Source: Asterionella formosa (lineage: Eukaryota). Taken from it: a DNA stretch of 64,000 nucleotides. Below are positions 25,450 through 36,600 of the stretch, piece by piece. How positions within the stretch are numbered: the first letter of the stretch is position 1; each line of letters opens with the position of its first letter. The stretch lies in assembly GCA_002256025.1 (NCBI GenBank), contig NKIB01013019.1, positions 1 to 64,000 of the forward strand. The letters run 5' to 3'. The notes beneath the pieces are model-generated. The model saw nothing but the letters and a program-made list of their open reading frames with translations, was not told the DNA's origin and ran no database searches. The translations under genes and the position numbers were made by a program.

Positions 25450-26415
25450 CTATCCGAATTCTCTTTGAATTGCTTCGTCATAGGCCTCTTCGGTAGCTAA
25501 AAGCTTTCCGTCATCCAATCGATCCAATATTCGAATGACTCGACCTTTGATGTCGAACCCCCAAAACCCCCAACCACTCATAAATCGAGCATAATCGCAG
25601 TAGGCGAGCTCGAGGTTGTCATCGAAATGCCCCCGGGTAGGACGCTGTTCCGGAGCTAATTTTTCGCACAGTGATTTATAGTACAAGTCAAGCAATCTGT
25701 CTTCCTCTTGTGGGCTGACCGAGCTCACAAGAAAGTAGGCAACATCCTTGGTGGGTGATCCTTTGCCGCAGTACTGAAAGTCACACATGGCAATATGGCC
25801 GTCCACACACATGACGTTGGCATCTTTTGCATCTCCGTGAATTAGGCATTGTAATGAATCTCTGTTGAGGTAATTATCTATCGCCCTTGCGGCTCGCTTG
25901 AGTCTACCTTCCCATCCATGGGTCGGCATTCGATTGTATTCGTCTGGTCTCGTGTCCAAATACCAGTAGGTTCCGAGTGATTGCAGGTCTGGGTACTCTT
26001 TCTGCCATGTGGCAGCATGAAAATTGGCAAGCCAGAGGATCACGCCTTCAGCATAGTTATCCATGTTGGCGTTGTCCAGTTGACTCATGCAAATGATGGT
26101 TGTCCGGTCGTTTCGTTGCACTTTAAGGGGTTTCGGAATGCAAATGCCATGGAGTTGCAGAAAATCAGCGGCATAATTTTCATAGAATGCAGCTTCTACA
26201 ACGTACGAATCAAATTTTCTCCTGTCAGCCAGGTCCATGCTGTTCGAGAGTCGAGGCTCGATGTACTTGACCATCATAACTCGGCCGCCAATGGCATTCA
26301 CTTCATAGATGCTTCCCATTCCCGACCATAATCGAGCGATCGTTCGGACAGATACCTTTTCGATATCGGGAGATAGACATTCTTGGGCTAACCGAAGAGC
26401 ATCTGCATTGTTCAT
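25450..26415 (-). CDS. Ecdysteroid-kinase-like / choline-aminoglycoside phosphotransferase-fold kinase
   Basis: Intact ORF with LWSGMGSI, SYVVEAAFY, LANFHA, Brenner motif LIHGDAKDAN and DFQYCGKGSPTKDVAYFL. First ATG at 26415. Confidence 0.85.
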   Translation of the reverse strand: MNNADALRLAQECLSPDIEKVSVRTIARLWSGMGSIYEVNAIGGRVMMVKYIEPRLSNSMDLADRRKFDSYVVEAAFYENYAADFLQLHGICIPKPLKVQRNDRTTIICMSQLDNANMDNYAEGVILWLANFHAATWQKEYPDLQSLGTYWYLDTRPDEYNRMPTHGWEGRLKRAARAIDNYLNRDSLQCLIHGDAKDANVMCVDGHIAMCDFQYCGKGSPTKDVAYFLVSSVSPQEEDRLLDLYYKSLCEKLAPEQRPTRGHFDDNLELAYCDYARFMSGWGFWGFDIKGRVIRILDRLDDGKLLATEEAYDEAIQREFG

Positions 26416-27063
26416 AATGAGCGGCGGGCTCAACCACTAATACAAGGTGTAGTATTCCACAAAGCCAATGTAAGTGCCGGTAATAGTTGTCGGAAGTGAG
26501 AGCAAATCTGAAACGCAGAAGATGATTTATCTGTGCTGCTTTACATATACCGGTAGTTAGTACCTGGTACCAGGTACCGATACCTGGTACGCTGTCACTC
26601 CCACTATTGTTACCAGATACCAAGGAAGGGCCGGTAATCGAGATATTTAGCTTACTCCTTTCATAAGAAAATAAAAAAGTTTTTCCGGGACATTCCCAGT
26701 ATCGGATACCGTTGTACCAGGTACCAGCAATTGCAACCAAACTTAATGTAGGTCCACTGCCACTCATGAAGCGCAAGGCAACTCCGATAATTTCTGGCTA
26801 ATAGCCCCTCCTCCCATTAAAAATTCATTCCGAATCGAATGGTGTACATTTGTAATACCGGTAAATGGTCTAATTGTCCTATGTAGAAATCTTTAGGAAA
26901 GCAAACAAAGCAATCATTTTCTGGACTGCCTAGTACCAGGTACCAGGTACCAGGTACCAGTACTGGTACCTGGTACCTGGTAACATACTATTTTTGACTC
27001 TCTACTATACCTGGTACTATACATGTACTAGCCATCAATGCATACGAGGTATTGTAAGCCTTC

Positions 27064-27918
27064 ATGCAGAAAGTAATCATCCGACACCGACACATGGAGC
27101 TGGATCATGGTGGCTCACCGACGGGATGCAACAAGGTTGCTACCGATATAAGTACTGATTTCTGCGCAACCGTTGCAACAATAGGCTGGCAAGTTACTTG
27201 GTCAAAAGCATTTCCAACCTTACTTGCCTTTGATGTTTACTGCGACGAAGCAGCGCATTTGTGTGTGATTGCCTACCAGGAGATTATTCGTCACAAGAAG
27301 CATCAACAAAGCGCAAACAGACAGGATCATGAAAATGCCGAGTCTATTGAGTGCTGGTCAGATTCTTTAGGATATGGAGAAATTACCTGCGAGACTGTCT
27401 TTCAACTGATTTCCTGGTTGCAAGAGTTTCAACAGGACTTTTGCCCTGCCAGAGTCATGGATTTGGGATCTGGAAATGGAAGGGTGATACTCGCCTCCAG
27501 CATCGCATATCCATTTGAGCAGTTGATTGGCATGGAAATTGTTCCTCATCTTCATGATGATGCTATGGAATACTGGAGATTTTGGTCTGAACGCTATATT
27601 TGCCCTACATTATTGACTGCTCGCCAACAGCGGATTGAATATAAACTAGCTGACTTCACCCTAGATCCCTCAAGGATCCATAATTCCGACTTTATTTGGA
27701 TACATGCCACAGTTTTTGGTCCAAATCTTATCCTTAAACTCCAAGAATTGTGTGAAGGTTGTAAGAGTGGCACTTACTTTGTTGTTATTTCAATGCCTCT
27801 CAAAGTTGGTGGCGGAATAGTGACCATTAAGGAATGTCTCATGGACATGAGTTGGGGTAAGGCCAGGGTTTTTATCCAAAAAAGGAATGATCAAGCTAGT
27901 CAGTTGAGTGTGACATAG
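27064..27918 (+). CDS. Class I SAM-dependent methyltransferase, DOT1-like
   Basis: SLGYGEI, motif I VMDLGSGNGRVIL, IGMEIVPHLH, ADF, FIWIHATVF and a C-terminal MSWG. Intact 284 aa. Confidence 0.75.
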   Translation: MQKVIIRHRHMELDHGGSPTGCNKVATDISTDFCATVATIGWQVTWSKAFPTLLAFDVYCDEAAHLCVIAYQEIIRHKKHQQSANRQDHENAESIECWSDSLGYGEITCETVFQLISWLQEFQQDFCPARVMDLGSGNGRVILASSIAYPFEQLIGMEIVPHLHDDAMEYWRFWSERYICPTLLTARQQRIEYKLADFTLDPSRIHNSDFIWIHATVFGPNLILKLQELCEGCKSGTYFVVISMPLKVGGGIVTIKECLMDMSWGKARVFIQKRNDQASQLSVT

Positions 27919-27998
27919 AGAAAGGTTGTACTGATCGAGTGTTGTCGAAAAAGTGGATCAAATTGAAATTACTTACTACGGCATTTTAAAACTCTATT

Positions 27999-28889
27999 TC
28001 AAATGGGAACGTCGGTTAAGCATATTTCCACATCTCCCAAGATGTCACTCGCTTGTCGCATTGTATTTTTTCCTTTCTCCTCCTTTGATTCTTTCAGTTT
28101 CAGGTTCTCAACGTCCTCGGGGCACACCTCTGTTCCTGGAATCTCAGTTCGGCTGGGAACACCGTAAATATTCCCGAGCGTTTTCAATGGTTTCCAGAAC
28201 CAAATCTTGCGCACACACCAAAGCAACAAAACTGGAGTGGCAAGGCACAGCATCAAAAACGAACACCGAACAATCCAATAACCCCGATCCCCTGGATGTT
28301 CCCAACTACTCCCCTTTAAGATCGGCAAGAATCGAATGGACTTGACTGGAAAATTAATTGAAAATGGCTGCAATTCACCTGCCACGTGTACTGCTCCGTA
28401 AATCGAAATGCTTTTGTGGGAGATGGCACGAAAACCCCGCCTGACTAATCCCCCAAAGCCACTTTCCATGTAGGTGCGAACGACATGATTGTCAATGTCC
28501 ATGGTGGTGGGGAATGTTTCATACAGTGCTATGCCATCTCGGATTCGGACACTAACGTGGTGACCATGAGTGACAACAAGTGAGTGGAGAGCTCCAATGT
28601 GATTATTTGAGTTCGTGCTCCGGAGGCACCACAAAAGTTCTATAGCAGTGACTGCGAGTTTAGGGACAGACTTGAGACACTTGTATTTACCGAAGAAGAT
28701 ATCGCAGGGGCATGCAAAAATTGTGGATTTAGTTGAATTTGCAAAAAAAGTTATTATTGCATCGCGATCATTTGTCGTATTGTTCTGTTCAACGTTGGGT
28801 GTTCCATGATGCGACGGCTCTTTGTTAGAATAAAGGATGGAACATTTATTATTATAAAAACAATGGACTAATAAGGATGAATTCATCAA
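27999..28889 (-). CDS. Hypothetical single-pass membrane protein
   Basis: Intact 296-aa ORF with a Cys-containing N-terminal part, one hydrophobic helix (WIVRCSFLMLCLATPVLLLWCV) and a charged tail. Start uncertain. Confidence 0.55.
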   Translation of the reverse strand: MMNSSLLVHCFYNNKCSILYSNKEPSHHGTPNVEQNNTTNDRDAIITFFANSTKSTIFACPCDIFFGKYKCLKSVPKLAVTAIELLWCLRSTNSNNHIGALHSLVVTHGHHVSVRIRDGIALYETFPTTMDIDNHVVRTYMESGFGGLVRRGFRAISHKSISIYGAVHVAGELQPFSINFPVKSIRFLPILKGSSWEHPGDRGYWIVRCSFLMLCLATPVLLLWCVRKIWFWKPLKTLGNIYGVPSRTEIPGTEVCPEDVENLKLKESKEEKGKNTMRQASDILGDVEICLTDVPI

Positions 28890-29539
28890 TCAACAATGAT
28901 GTCGAATGTGACAGTTCAGCAATGCAATTCAAAGTCATACGTAACGAGCAAGTTGAAGTCAACCACTTGCGATTTCGAAATTTTTAGAACGTACCAACAG
29001 CTCCCTTGGGTATTGATCTCTCATTGAGGTTTGAGGCACAATCAAGAGAGCGATCAAAAATGAGATAACACGAATCATCTTTCTGTTTCTTATGAAAATC
29101 AATATTGTGAGGAAAGCAACAGAGTCATTTGCTTTTGATGTTATCGCAAAATATATTCAAAGAAGGGCGGAATGCGGACATCGCTCCGAGCGAATCTCCG
29201 CATTTTGAAAATGTGACATCAGGCAGTTCAGTTCTACCGGACAAGTACCAGGTACCAGGATTCTATCTACATCTACCGGACAATCGACCGGTATTTGAGA
29301 AAACGATCGAACTGTTGATCATGAAGACAAACACGGTGAAGCTAGTGATTTTCGGTTCAAGTTATACCGGTAGTGAAGATCACCTTCACGGCGTTCTCCC
29401 GAACGATTGTCCGGTACCTGCCTGTTACTAGGTCGTAGTAGCATCCTACCAAAGGCTAAATTAATTTATGGAATCCTGTGTTATGTACACGGATACCGGT
29501 AAGGCTTTCGGAAGTTCGATGCAACTCAAATTGTATTAC

Positions 29540-30080
29540 ATTTCTCGAGTTGAACTGGCAATTGTTTCATTGAGTTGAACTCTAAAAAGACCCAAACCGA
29601 GTCTCACTTTCAATATGAATCATGAGCTATCATGATATGACCCTTGATTATTCAACACAACAAAGCTGTTTTAAACCTAGTCGACGCAACTAATTATTTG
29701 ATTTGGTTCAACTCTCAGTAGACCCAAATTGATTTTTGCTTTCCGTATGAATCATCACTAGTCTTCATCATATAATGATAGATTATCCTATACAACAAAC
29801 AGCATGTATGCACTTTCCGAATGAGTTGACACAAAACTGACCAAACTGTTTGTTTTCAATTGAATGCTCATTTGATCCAAATTGAATTTCTCTTTCCATG
29901 TGAATTATTATTCTTTGTCATGGCGCTACTTTGTCGAACAAAGCTCGACTCAAGAAGAATTGATTGTTGACATTATCTGTCAGCTAACCCCAAATTATTT
30001 TTCGCTTGTTGACTTCCAGACCATATGAATTCTTCTTCGTTGTGACCATAGATTTTCTCCAACAACTCAAAGCATAACAA
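29540..30080 (+). repeat. Degenerate tandem repeat (roughly 120-170 bp units)
   Basis: Recurrent GA(C/T)CCAAA....T...CTTTCC.T.TGAAT(C/T)AT blocks at about 29590, 29720, 29875 and 29990. Confidence 0.4.
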
Positions 30081-30407
30081 TGCTGGTCCTTGTTCATACA
30101 AGTTGTTCTTCATGATGACCTAATTACCTAGCAAATCAAAACAGTAAATCACCACAAAAGCTTATGTCGTTGTACTGTTTCCTACTTGCATAATATAATG
30201 CAGGAAGAAGGTCTGGTAATTAGCAAATTGCGCGCACCATAAACTAAAAATTACATGTAGCGGTTTCAACCTACTTCATTGGAAGTCTGACTGGCTCACT
30301 AATTCCGAAATGATGAAAAATCTCAAAATATTTCAATTTATTTAGAAAACCTGTAACCGTTATAAAGTTTCAAACGGAAAAGCGCTGCCATCTTTCACAG
30401 CAGAATC

Positions 30408-30897
30408 GCTGACTACCAACTTCAACTTGCTGACTGCAGACTTCTTGTTGTTGCTAACAACTGCTGTCATGATTTGCTGAAAATTTGAAAAAATATTCGC
30501 TGACTGCTGACTTCATTTGCTGACTACTGACATGAAACCGCTGACTGCTTACTTCAACTTGCTGACGTCAAGCAACCTACTTTGTTCTTAGGAAGAGACC
30601 ATCTACCAGTACCGGTGTACAAGTCGTGTCTACTTTTCCTGTTCAATAAGGATGGAAGCATCTTTTCGTTGTTGGGATACTAAAAGCAATGCCTTCTACG
30701 CTCATACTATTGGGAGTAACAAAGAGGTGCCTGTTACTCCTTACATAATTAAAAACTGTAAAATCAGATATTGATGCCTGAAAGAAATCATTGCTATCTA
30801 CTTCTTCATATTGCTACCACTATGTACCATCGTAAAAATGCTGACTTCAACTTGCTGACTACTGACTGCTGACTTCTTTTGCTGACTGCTGACTTCA
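30408..30897 (+). repeat. Clustered GCTGACT(G/A)CTGACTTC / CTTCAACTTGCTGAC motif repeats
   Basis: More than a dozen copies of CTGAC-based units at 30408-30570 and 30840-30897. Confidence 0.8.
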
Positions 30898-31749
30898 AAT
30901 TCATTTTGACAATAAAATGACTAACGGCTTAACGTGTATATAAACAACTATTTAAAGAATAACGGAGTGGCGCAAAATTTAGGGGTTTGACAATTTTTGG
31001 GGGTATACCCCTGCCTTTTCTTGTATATTAATCGATGGACAGAAATCGAGCAATTGCCAAACACTTAGGTATTTCAAGATTGAATTGACAGTATACCAGT
31101 ATACTAATACTGCTACCAAAACAGTATTCTTATATATTCTCATGCTTGCGATTTTTTTCAGCCAACCCAAGGACTCAACAGGCAATTATGACAGCTATAT
31201 ACAAAGAAGTGATGATGTGATTATTTGCGTAATGCTGATTTCTTCCATTTTTTGTGTTAGAATACAAAGGCATCAAGAGAAATTTTGTACTCCAATGCTA
31301 CAAGCAAGACATGCCAGATTTTCTGTCAGATTCCTACATAGCAGTATACTGGTAAAATTTTAGAACAGTGTGGTATTTGGAAAATGAAATGACAGTATAC
31401 TGGTATACAGATACTGCATCTGCAGCAGTATCAGTATCCAATACTTCAGTATATTTTCACCCAGAGGTTGCCAACAGGCACTTAAATTCGAATCCTTCAG
31501 TGATATGTTACTTAGACATTTAGAAATTCATGACAGTTTTGCGCTGGCCCATTAATTCAATTTAATTAAAATCTTTTCTTAAAGAATGATTTTCTGAGAA
31601 AACCAGTTTCAGAACCTTGCTAGCTATGATTGGGGGCTTTCCCCAAATGTCAATTCTAAGTGTCAAGAACACAGGGTTCCCTCTAACGACTCCTTTTCCT
31701 GACCCTGGGTCTTCTTCTATATCCTTGTTGCCATAGTGGAGCAAGGCTC

Positions 31750-32075
31750 AGCCAAGCTCCGTTCCTTGCTTCCTCTTTCTGTGTCTGGTAGCACGCGTTG
31801 AATGCTAGGTCAACTGTTTCAACCCACTGTCTCTTCTGGATCAAGTTATGTCATTGATTCTGTACCTCAACCGGCAGTAGGAATAAAGTCCAATCCTTGA
31901 CCCTAACTTGTTGTGTGTCATATTTATATCGCTGGCGTATCTAGACAATCATTTCTTTCAGTTGTTTTGTGTATTGCTCCTCGGTGGATTTTCCATATAA
32001 TTCACCATTACGGAAAACCCAACTCTCCATCCCCATGCGCCACAAACTTGTAATTAATCGTGCACTCCACCCTTC
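31750..32075 (-). mobile_element. LINE ORF2 extreme 3' fragment
   Basis: WSARLITSLWRMGMESWVFRNGELYGKSTEEQ matches the W...LI..LW......W..RN..LHG pattern. Confidence 0.6.
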
Positions 32076-32079
32076 TGCT

Positions 32080-33170
32080 TGGGGATCTAGTTTAGTATCC
32101 ACAGCATGGACTGAAGTTTTATCAGCCTCCAGTTCAGCACGTTGCAGATGACATGCATGGATAGGAGAGCTTGAATGCAATGATGGCTGTCCCAGCCTTG
32201 GCGGATCATATCATCAAGTAAACAATGTGTTTGGAAGACCACCCATATAAAATTGGCACTGGCCAGCACTGAGTCATCAGTCATGTCTGTCCGAATCTTG
32301 GGCAGTCGCGCGAATGACTCGCAGTTGTTCAAACAAGGCGTGAACTGACTGTGAAACAATGTCCCAAGCATCTGTCTCATCTAGCCTACCATATCCCAAC
32401 AATCGATGATAAAAAGTGCCAATCCACGAACTCATCAAGGCCCAGTGAAGTTGTGCGCTGTGAACCAGGTGAATGATGACCACTAAAAGGTGACCACTAA
32501 AAGGTCTGAGTCCTGATTGTAAAGTTGGGGAAACATTGTCAAAAAAGCGCGGACGCTTCCAACCGCATACTTGTAGAGACGTGGTCTCAGAAACCAGTTC
32601 TAGAGCCATGTTCCATTGCCCGAAATCTTTGATAGCCGGTAGTGCGCGAAGATGTGAACCAATTTCCGTACGCAATAAGGGGGCGGGCATGATCAGAGAT
32701 AAACTTTTCAAAACCAGCAAGGTAGGTTTCTTGGCTTGAACCTTTGCGTGGTCCACTTCATCTTGCAAGTATTCCGCTGCATCATACGTCTGAGTTTTGG
32801 TCTTGCCCAGTAAGAAGTAAAGATTCAAGCACAAACCAATATTATGGCAAGCTGCAAGAAAGCGCAAAAACCTCTGTTATGTCATCAATCAACGTAAATA
32901 TTTTGTCGCCCGTTGAACACGCATCTCATGTGGCCCTTTCTTCAATAACCATCAGTCTATCGTTGAAGTTGTCAATACCCAAGCCGGTTGTACTGGTTTG
33001 ATGTAGGTGCTCCATGTGCAGTTTCAGGTCTATCATTTCTTGCCGAAGGAGGTTGAGTTCCGAAGGATGGGACAAGGAAGGGGGAACCATCACAGCCTCC
33101 ACTGCAGCCAGCCGGTTAATTAATTTTGAAGAACCAGTAGCCACATGAGTGAGTTATTCTTCACACCACT
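32080..33170 (-). pseudogene. Degenerate TE-associated ORF (resembles ORF1-like proteins of diatom repeat elements)
   Basis: Frameshifted ORF: coiled coil, then LPAIKDFGQWN...SSWIGTFYHRL...DAWDIVSQSVHALFEQLRVIR...ANFIWVVFQTH...HHCI. Family assignment is from memory only. Confidence 0.4.
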
Positions 33171-33315
33171 CCATGTTCCATGCCACCAATTGATGTATAT
33201 CAACTGTCTGAGAACCTCACATCAACAAATTCCATCGAACGAAGTTTCTTACTTTGGTCATTAAACCAACCCCCCGTGACATCCGCAAGGAATGCTGAGC
33301 TGTGCAAAGGGGTCG

Positions 33316-33573
33316 TGTTAGGAAAAATGGACGTACAAGATACAGACGATGAATGGATTAAAGTACAAGGAAAGAAAAAGAAGAAAGAAGCCACGTCCAC
33401 AGTGAAGGCTACGTGGCTGAATGAGTAGGTATATATACATAGTTAACATGAGTTCTGCTCATTCTTTACTAATTATCGGGTTTACATCGATAAAGCCTCC
33501 CCTGTAGACTGTCTTCTGTCCATTGTTGTCTTACAGACACAATAGAATACAGTCCGAACTTGTGTATTTAACA
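33316..33573 (+). repeat. 5' LTR (258 bp)
   Basis: Runs TGTTAGG...TTTAACA. About 9 differences from the 3' LTR by manual comparison. TATA-like TATATATA at 33430 and initiator-like CTCATTC at 33458-33464. Confidence 0.97.
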
Positions 33574-33600
33574 TAATTAGTAAAGAAAAAGGCGAACACA

Positions 33601-36600
33601 ATGGGAGGCGGCAATACAGCAGCCGATGATGGTGGCGGCGGTGATGCCACACCAAAAGACAAGAAGGAAAGTGTTGGTGGCAAGAAGCTACCATATCGAT
33701 ACGGAATCCACGGAAACCAGAAGAATGCTGTTCCATGGCAGCCCAAGTTTGAAGGGAAGTGCGACGAGCTGAAAGGTCATGTCTACGATTGCTCAGATGC
33801 AAGACAGGCAGACTTGTTTATCAAGACAACAAAGGAGGTGGCTGAGTTTGTGGGGCGGACCTACAAGTATGGCAGTGACATCCGATTGGCAGTAGAAAAC
33901 CTGCAGGTGCCAAACATCGCTGATCCATATGACCCACCAGCAGGCGCATCCAGGACTCAGGAGCGCATTTGGGAAAAACAGGTAGATGAATATGTTAAAC
34001 GAACAACCTACATAAGCGAGAATATTAAGACCCTATATTCACTAGTCTGGGGCCAATGCACAGACATTATGAGGCAAAAAATCGAGGCCTTGCACGATTT
34101 CGAGGAGATGTCGACCAACGGTGATGGTCTTGCATTGCTCAAAGCAATCAAAAACACTGCTTTCAACTTCGAGGAGATGTCGACCAACGGTGATGGTCTT
34201 GCATTGCTCAAAGCAATCAAAAACACTGCTTTCAACTTCCAAAGCCAAAAGTACCTTCCACATTCACTGTATGAATCGACTCGGCGTTTCTACATGACGG
34301 TCCAAGGAAAGTATATGACAACCCAGGCTTATCTTGAACAGATTCAAAACATGATAGATGTCATTGGACATACAGGAGGAATGGTGGGCCATCAACCAGG
34401 AATCGAAAGAGCCATAATGAGGGAAAGGGGCATTGATCCAACAAACGCCACAACCATGCAACAAATGGAAATAGAGAAGGAGGCCTAGAACCGCTATTTG
34501 GCTGTTGCCTTCATGCTTGGTTCAGATAAGGCTAGGTTTGGTTGCCGCTTGAGAACTTGGAGAATGACTATCTCCAAGGCCAAAATAATTACCCAACATT
34601 CATCACTGCAGCCTATAATCTGCTTACTGATTGGAAACAAGACCCCCGCAATCTGATACGTACAAGTGGACCAGTCAGCGATGGAGTATTTTTACCAATG
34701 TAGACAGTGAAAATGGAGAACAAGACATTGCGCTTGCAAACAGTGGACACACTAAATCTGGACGAAATAAATTGTCACACATCACATGCCATAAATGTGG
34801 CAAACAGGGACATTTTGCTGACAAATGCGAAGAGGAGCAGCATCAGGAGCATCAAACTGGCTCCATGCTTTTGATGGCAGGTATAGAAAATGGAGAGTTC
34901 AATCATGACGTGCACTTCCAATTCCTGCAGTACACCAAGGAAGTATCATTGAAGCTTGATGAGGGCGGAAAAATCCCAAAGAGCTGGATCTTGTTAGACA
35001 ACCAGTCTACTGTTGATGTCTTCTATAATGCAAATCTACTCAGGAATATCAGAAAAGTTGAAAAACATATGGATATTCACTGTAATGCAGGTGTTACAAG
35101 CACTAACTTGGTCGGTGACTTGCCAGGATATGGGACAGTGTGGTACCATCCAAATGGGATTGCCAACATCTTTTCCCTGGCAAAAATGCAGGAACGTGGG
35201 TACCACATTAAATATGACAGCAAGGATGGAAATGAATTCACCATTCACAAACCCGACAGAAGCATGAGAGTGTTTAAACAATCAGATCGTTTTCTATGCT
35301 TCATGGACAGCAAGACGGCCAGCACTACAGAGGTCACACTGGTTAATACGGTAGACGATAACCGTTCTAACTACACCAACTGTGACTATTCTTGTGCAGT
35401 ATTAGCTCGTCAATTACAAAAGATCATAGGAAGGCCAAGTACTTGTACATTCACTAAAATTTACTACCAAACTGCCCAGTGACACAAAGGGACATCATGA
35501 TGGCAGAGGATATATTTGGTCCTGATGTGGGATCACTAAAAGGTAAAACCACTCGACGCGGTACTGATCATGTGGCAATCAATCTAATTGACATCCCAGC
35601 CAGCATCATGAATCAATATAAAAGTATCATCTTGGGAGGTGACATCATTTTTGTGAACAAAATACCATTCTTTGTGACCATGTCCCGCCACATCAAATTT
35701 GGGACAGCAGAAATGCTGCAAAACCAACAAAGCAAGACAATACTAAGGGCAATTAAACAAGTGAAAAGTGTCTATATGAAGAGGGGATTTAAGATTTCAA
35801 ATCAATCAGAGGTGACCTGGCAGAAATGCAAATCAATCTCAATACTGTTTCCAATGATGAACACGTCCCAGAAGTGTAAAGATACATTCATACCATCAAA
35901 GAGCATGCACGTTGTGTATATAGCATATTGCCGTTTCGGAGAATTCCAACAAGGATGATAATTGAAATGGTCTATCACAGTGTGTTCTGGCTTAACAGTT
36001 TCCCAGCAGAAGATGTAATATCTCCTACACTAAGCCCTTGTGCCATTGTGATTGGAACACTCATCGATTACAATAAGCACTGCAAACTTGAGTTTGGTAC
36101 ATATGTGCAAGTTCATGAAGAGCATGACAACTCCATGGCCACCAGAACCACAGGGGCAATCGCACTACGACCAACAGGAAATGAGCAAGGCGGTTACTAC
36201 TTTTACAGCCTCACTAGTGGTCGAGTTCTAAATCGGAACCATTGGACCGCAATACCTATGCCAGCAGAAGTAATTGATAGAATACATGTCCTCGCTCGCC
36301 GCAATACCGGCAATGGCACCCCTGAGCTGATGTTCACTGATCGTGATGGTGCTTCTCTCACCAACCCTGAGGATGACGATAGTGATGACGAATCCTATCA
36401 CCCTGATGAGGATGCCAATTCCAGTATTAATGAATACAATGATGACTATTACCTAACTTCCGATGCGGAAAACATCCATGATGCTCCCATCGCAGGAGTG
36501 TATGATGAAGAACATGAACAAGATGAAGAACACGAAGAAAAGAATGCCGAAATCGAGGAGGAACACGAACATTATGATGAAGAACACAATCAAAAAAAAG

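Noticed and set aside
33180..33428. 82-aa ORF ending in a KKKKK tract
   Set aside because: A chance fusion of flank and 5' LTR. The coding-like part is the Pol tail encoded in U3
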